Of a stretch of 38,988 bases of DNA, positions 37,130 through 38,988 are shown piece after piece. A model generated the notes under the pieces. That model had not been told where the DNA came from. It saw nothing but the letters and a program-made list of their open reading frames with translations, and ran no database searches. The position numbers were made by a program, and so were the translations under genes. Origin of the DNA: a virus (taxonomy: Duplodnaviria > Caudoviricetes); IMG/VR virus record IMGVR_UViG_3300017589_000105, positions 1 through 38,988 of that record; one strand, given 5' to 3'. Numbering within the stretch: the first letter of the stretch is position 1; each line of letters opens with the position of its first letter.

Positions 37130-37338
37130 AAGTAAAAATAAACACATTACAGCTGTTCTCCGGCAGAAGTGACGTCCGGAAATTCCTTTCAGTCGGCATC
37201 CGCGACGAGGACAGGGCGTACATCGAAGAACAGTGGGACTTGACGGAGCACGAAATAGATGAGGTGCTGAATTTCGCAAGAATGTACGTGCAAATGGACA
37301 AGTTGCCGGAAACGCTTGAGGTGGAGGTAGAGGGATGA
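37126..37338 (+). CDS. Hypothetical protein
   Basis: GGAGG RBS; ATGA coupling. Confidence 0.75.
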   Translation: MKVKINTLQLFSGRSDVRKFLSVGIRDEDRAYIEEQWDLTEHEIDEVLNFARMYVQMDKLPETLEVEVEG

Positions 37339-37733
37339 AACTTATATATACAGGTTATAAATGGCGGGAAGCAACGGGAATGGAGTTGCTTCTCCGAGGG
37401 GATGAAGAAGTGCTGAAGCAGATTCCGGATGAACCGCATGCCGGGGACGTATATGACTCAGGGAAAGAAAAGCGGCAGTTGAGCCTGGCATCAGAATTTC
37501 ACGCTGAACCAAATCTCAAAACATACAATGGGTGGATCCTTACTGTTGGGGATTTAAAGCGGAAGCTGGCCGTGTATAACGATGAAACTCAGGTCAGATT
37601 GGATTTTCGCGGCAAGACGCCTTTTGGAGAGTTAATTGATATATCCATGCCGATTGAATGTATAGGGAACAGTTGCACCTATGATAACGGTGAACGGAAG
37701 AATCTAATTTATATCAGTGGGAACGGGAAATAG
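37335..37733 (+). CDS. Hypothetical protein
   Basis: GGAGGT RBS; ATGA coupling. Confidence 0.75.
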   Translation: MKLIYTGYKWREATGMELLLRGDEEVLKQIPDEPHAGDVYDSGKEKRQLSLASEFHAEPNLKTYNGWILTVGDLKRKLAVYNDETQVRLDFRGKTPFGELIDISMPIECIGNSCTYDNGERKNLIYISGNGK

Positions 37734-37743
37734 GAGGGAATGC

Positions 37744-37995
37744 ATGTCTGTAAAATTGCATAAAAACGTAACGCTCTACACGAAAAAAAGATGCCAACAA
37801 TGCAAGCTAACGAAGTTGTGGATTGATGAACACAGTGTTCATTATAAGACGGTGGATATCATCGAGAACAAGGAAGCAGCTGAAAAGCTTAAGAAGATCG
37901 GTTATCAAACGGTGCCGGTTGTAGTGATCCACGCTGAGCCGGAAACAAGTTGGAGCGGATTCAGGCCCGATGTATTGGAAGGAGAATTCTTATGA
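37744..37995 (+). CDS. nrdH: NrdH-like glutaredoxin
   Basis: LYTKKRCQQC, GYQTVPVV and WSGFRPD motifs. Confidence 0.9.
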   Translation: MSVKLHKNVTLYTKKRCQQCKLTKLWIDEHSVHYKTVDIIENKEAAEKLKKIGYQTVPVVVIHAEPETSWSGFRPDVLEGEFL

Positions 37996-38447
37996 TCAAT
38001 AATGTTGTGCTAGTAGGACGAGTTACCAAAGAGCTTGATTTGAGATATACACCAGCAGGCAAAGCAGTCGCACGCTTCAATTTAGCAGTCAATCGAGATT
38101 TCAAAGATGCTAACGGAGAGCAACAAGCGGACTTTCCAAATTGCCAGGTATGGGGGAAGACGGCGGAAGTCATGGCGGACAACCTTCGGAAAGGTTCGCT
38201 GATCAGTGTGGCCGGACGGATCCAGACAGGCAGCTACGAAAAAGATGGTCAGCGGATATACACGACCGATGTCGTCGTTGAAAAATTCCACTTCCTGGAG
38301 GCGAAAAATGATAATTCTAATCATTCAAGCGGTCAATCGAACAACCGGGCTAAGCAACAAGGTTTTGACGAGTTTAATCAATCAGCTGATCCATTCAGTG
38401 GCGCTGGTGAGTCTATTGATATTGGTGATGATGACCTTCCGTTTTAA
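37992..38447 (+). CDS. ssb: Single-stranded DNA-binding protein
   Basis: MINNVVLVGR start and DDDLPF C-terminus. Confidence 0.97.
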   Translation: MINNVVLVGRVTKELDLRYTPAGKAVARFNLAVNRDFKDANGEQQADFPNCQVWGKTAEVMADNLRKGSLISVAGRIQTGSYEKDGQRIYTTDVVVEKFHFLEAKNDNSNHSSGQSNNRAKQQGFDEFNQSADPFSGAGESIDIGDDDLPF

Positions 38448-38461
38448 GAAAGGGGATGCCG

Positions 38462-38830
38462 ATGAGTAAATACGGAGCAAAAAAAGTCACGATCGATGGG
38501 ATTACATTCGACAGCAAGGCAGAGGGTCGCTATTATGAGCATCTTCAAAAACTCAAAAAATCAGGCCTTGTAGAAGATTTCTCCATGCAGAAGCCGTTCA
38601 CCTTGCTAGATAGGTTTGCGCATCCGCAGACTGGCAGAATCGTGCGAGCCATCACCTACAAGGCTGACTTCGAAGTGATCTACACCGATGGCCGGATAGA
38701 GGTTGTCGATATCAAAGGTTTCCTGACACCTGAATTTAAAATCAAAGCCAAAATGTTCATGTTCCGTTATCAAATTCCGTTGGTGCTGCTGAAGTGGAGT
38801 GCAAAAGAGAAAAAATTTGTGGAAGTCTAG
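38462..38830 (+). CDS. DUF1064-family PD-(D/E)xK nuclease
   Basis: SKYGAKK, DGITFDSKAE, YKADF and VDIKG motifs. Confidence 0.9.
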   Translation: MSKYGAKKVTIDGITFDSKAEGRYYEHLQKLKKSGLVEDFSMQKPFTLLDRFAHPQTGRIVRAITYKADFEVIYTDGRIEVVDIKGFLTPEFKIKAKMFMFRYQIPLVLLKWSAKEKKFVEV

Positions 38831-38841
38831 GAGGAGATTGG

Positions 38842-38988
38842 ATGGCATTTAATTTCTTTATTCGCAAAAAGGATATCCAAGAGCAGGTGGAGCCGCCGAA
38901 AAATAATTTGATCGATGCGGATCTGTTGCTCGTTCAAATAGGATTGATGCAGCAGACCTATTTCAGCCTTGCAAAGACCAGGAGCGGT
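38842..38988 (+). CDS. 5' part of the 77-aa hypothetical protein spanning the junction
   Basis: AGGAGG RBS, ATG 38842, continues to TGA at 186. Confidence 0.8.
   Translation, partial: MAFNFFIRKKDIQEQVEPPKNNLIDADLLLVQIGLMQQTYFSLAKTRSG
38890..38988. repeat. 99-bp terminal direct repeat (copy 2)
   Basis: Identical to 1-99. Confidence 0.95.

Noticed and set aside
38890-38988. 99-bp end repeat as a biological terminal repeat or att site
   Set aside because: It falls mid-ORF, equals a common assembler k-mer length, and the terminase is headful-type
1-38988. CRISPR array, tRNA genes, DGR/retron reverse transcriptase, arbitrium, IS elements
   Set aside because: No repeat-spacer array, cloverleaf, RT motif, TPR receptor or transposase was seen by eye

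Overview
The window is essentially one complete (~38.9 kb) temperate siphophage genome of a Bacilli (Firmicutes) host, assembled as a circle: bases 1-99 equal 38890-38988 and an ORF reads across the junction. The gene order is Listeria A118-like: late activator, terminase, portal, minor capsid, scaffold, capsid, head-tail genes, tail, tape measure, Dit, Tal, BppU/receptor-binding fibre with an SGNH esterase, holin, amidase, accessory island, attP, tyrosine integrase, immunity region (CI/Cro/antirepressor), YqaJ-RecT, DnaD-type initiator, NrdH, SSB and DUF1064. An intact attP flanked by arm-type repeats carries the last codons of host lepA (QEAFMAVLKMDED*), so the phage probably integrates at the 3' end of lepA. 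The best candidates for undescribed biology are (i) a tightly packed, very AT-rich three-gene operon between lysin and attP (candidate defence/exclusion system), (ii) an uncalled 26-aa Pro-rich peptide gene tail-to-tail with a membrane protein and overlapped by an antisense promoter/terminator unit, and (iii) several 45-65 nt promoter-terminator units that look like small RNAs. All family assignments come from motif recognition and synteny by eye; no searches were run.
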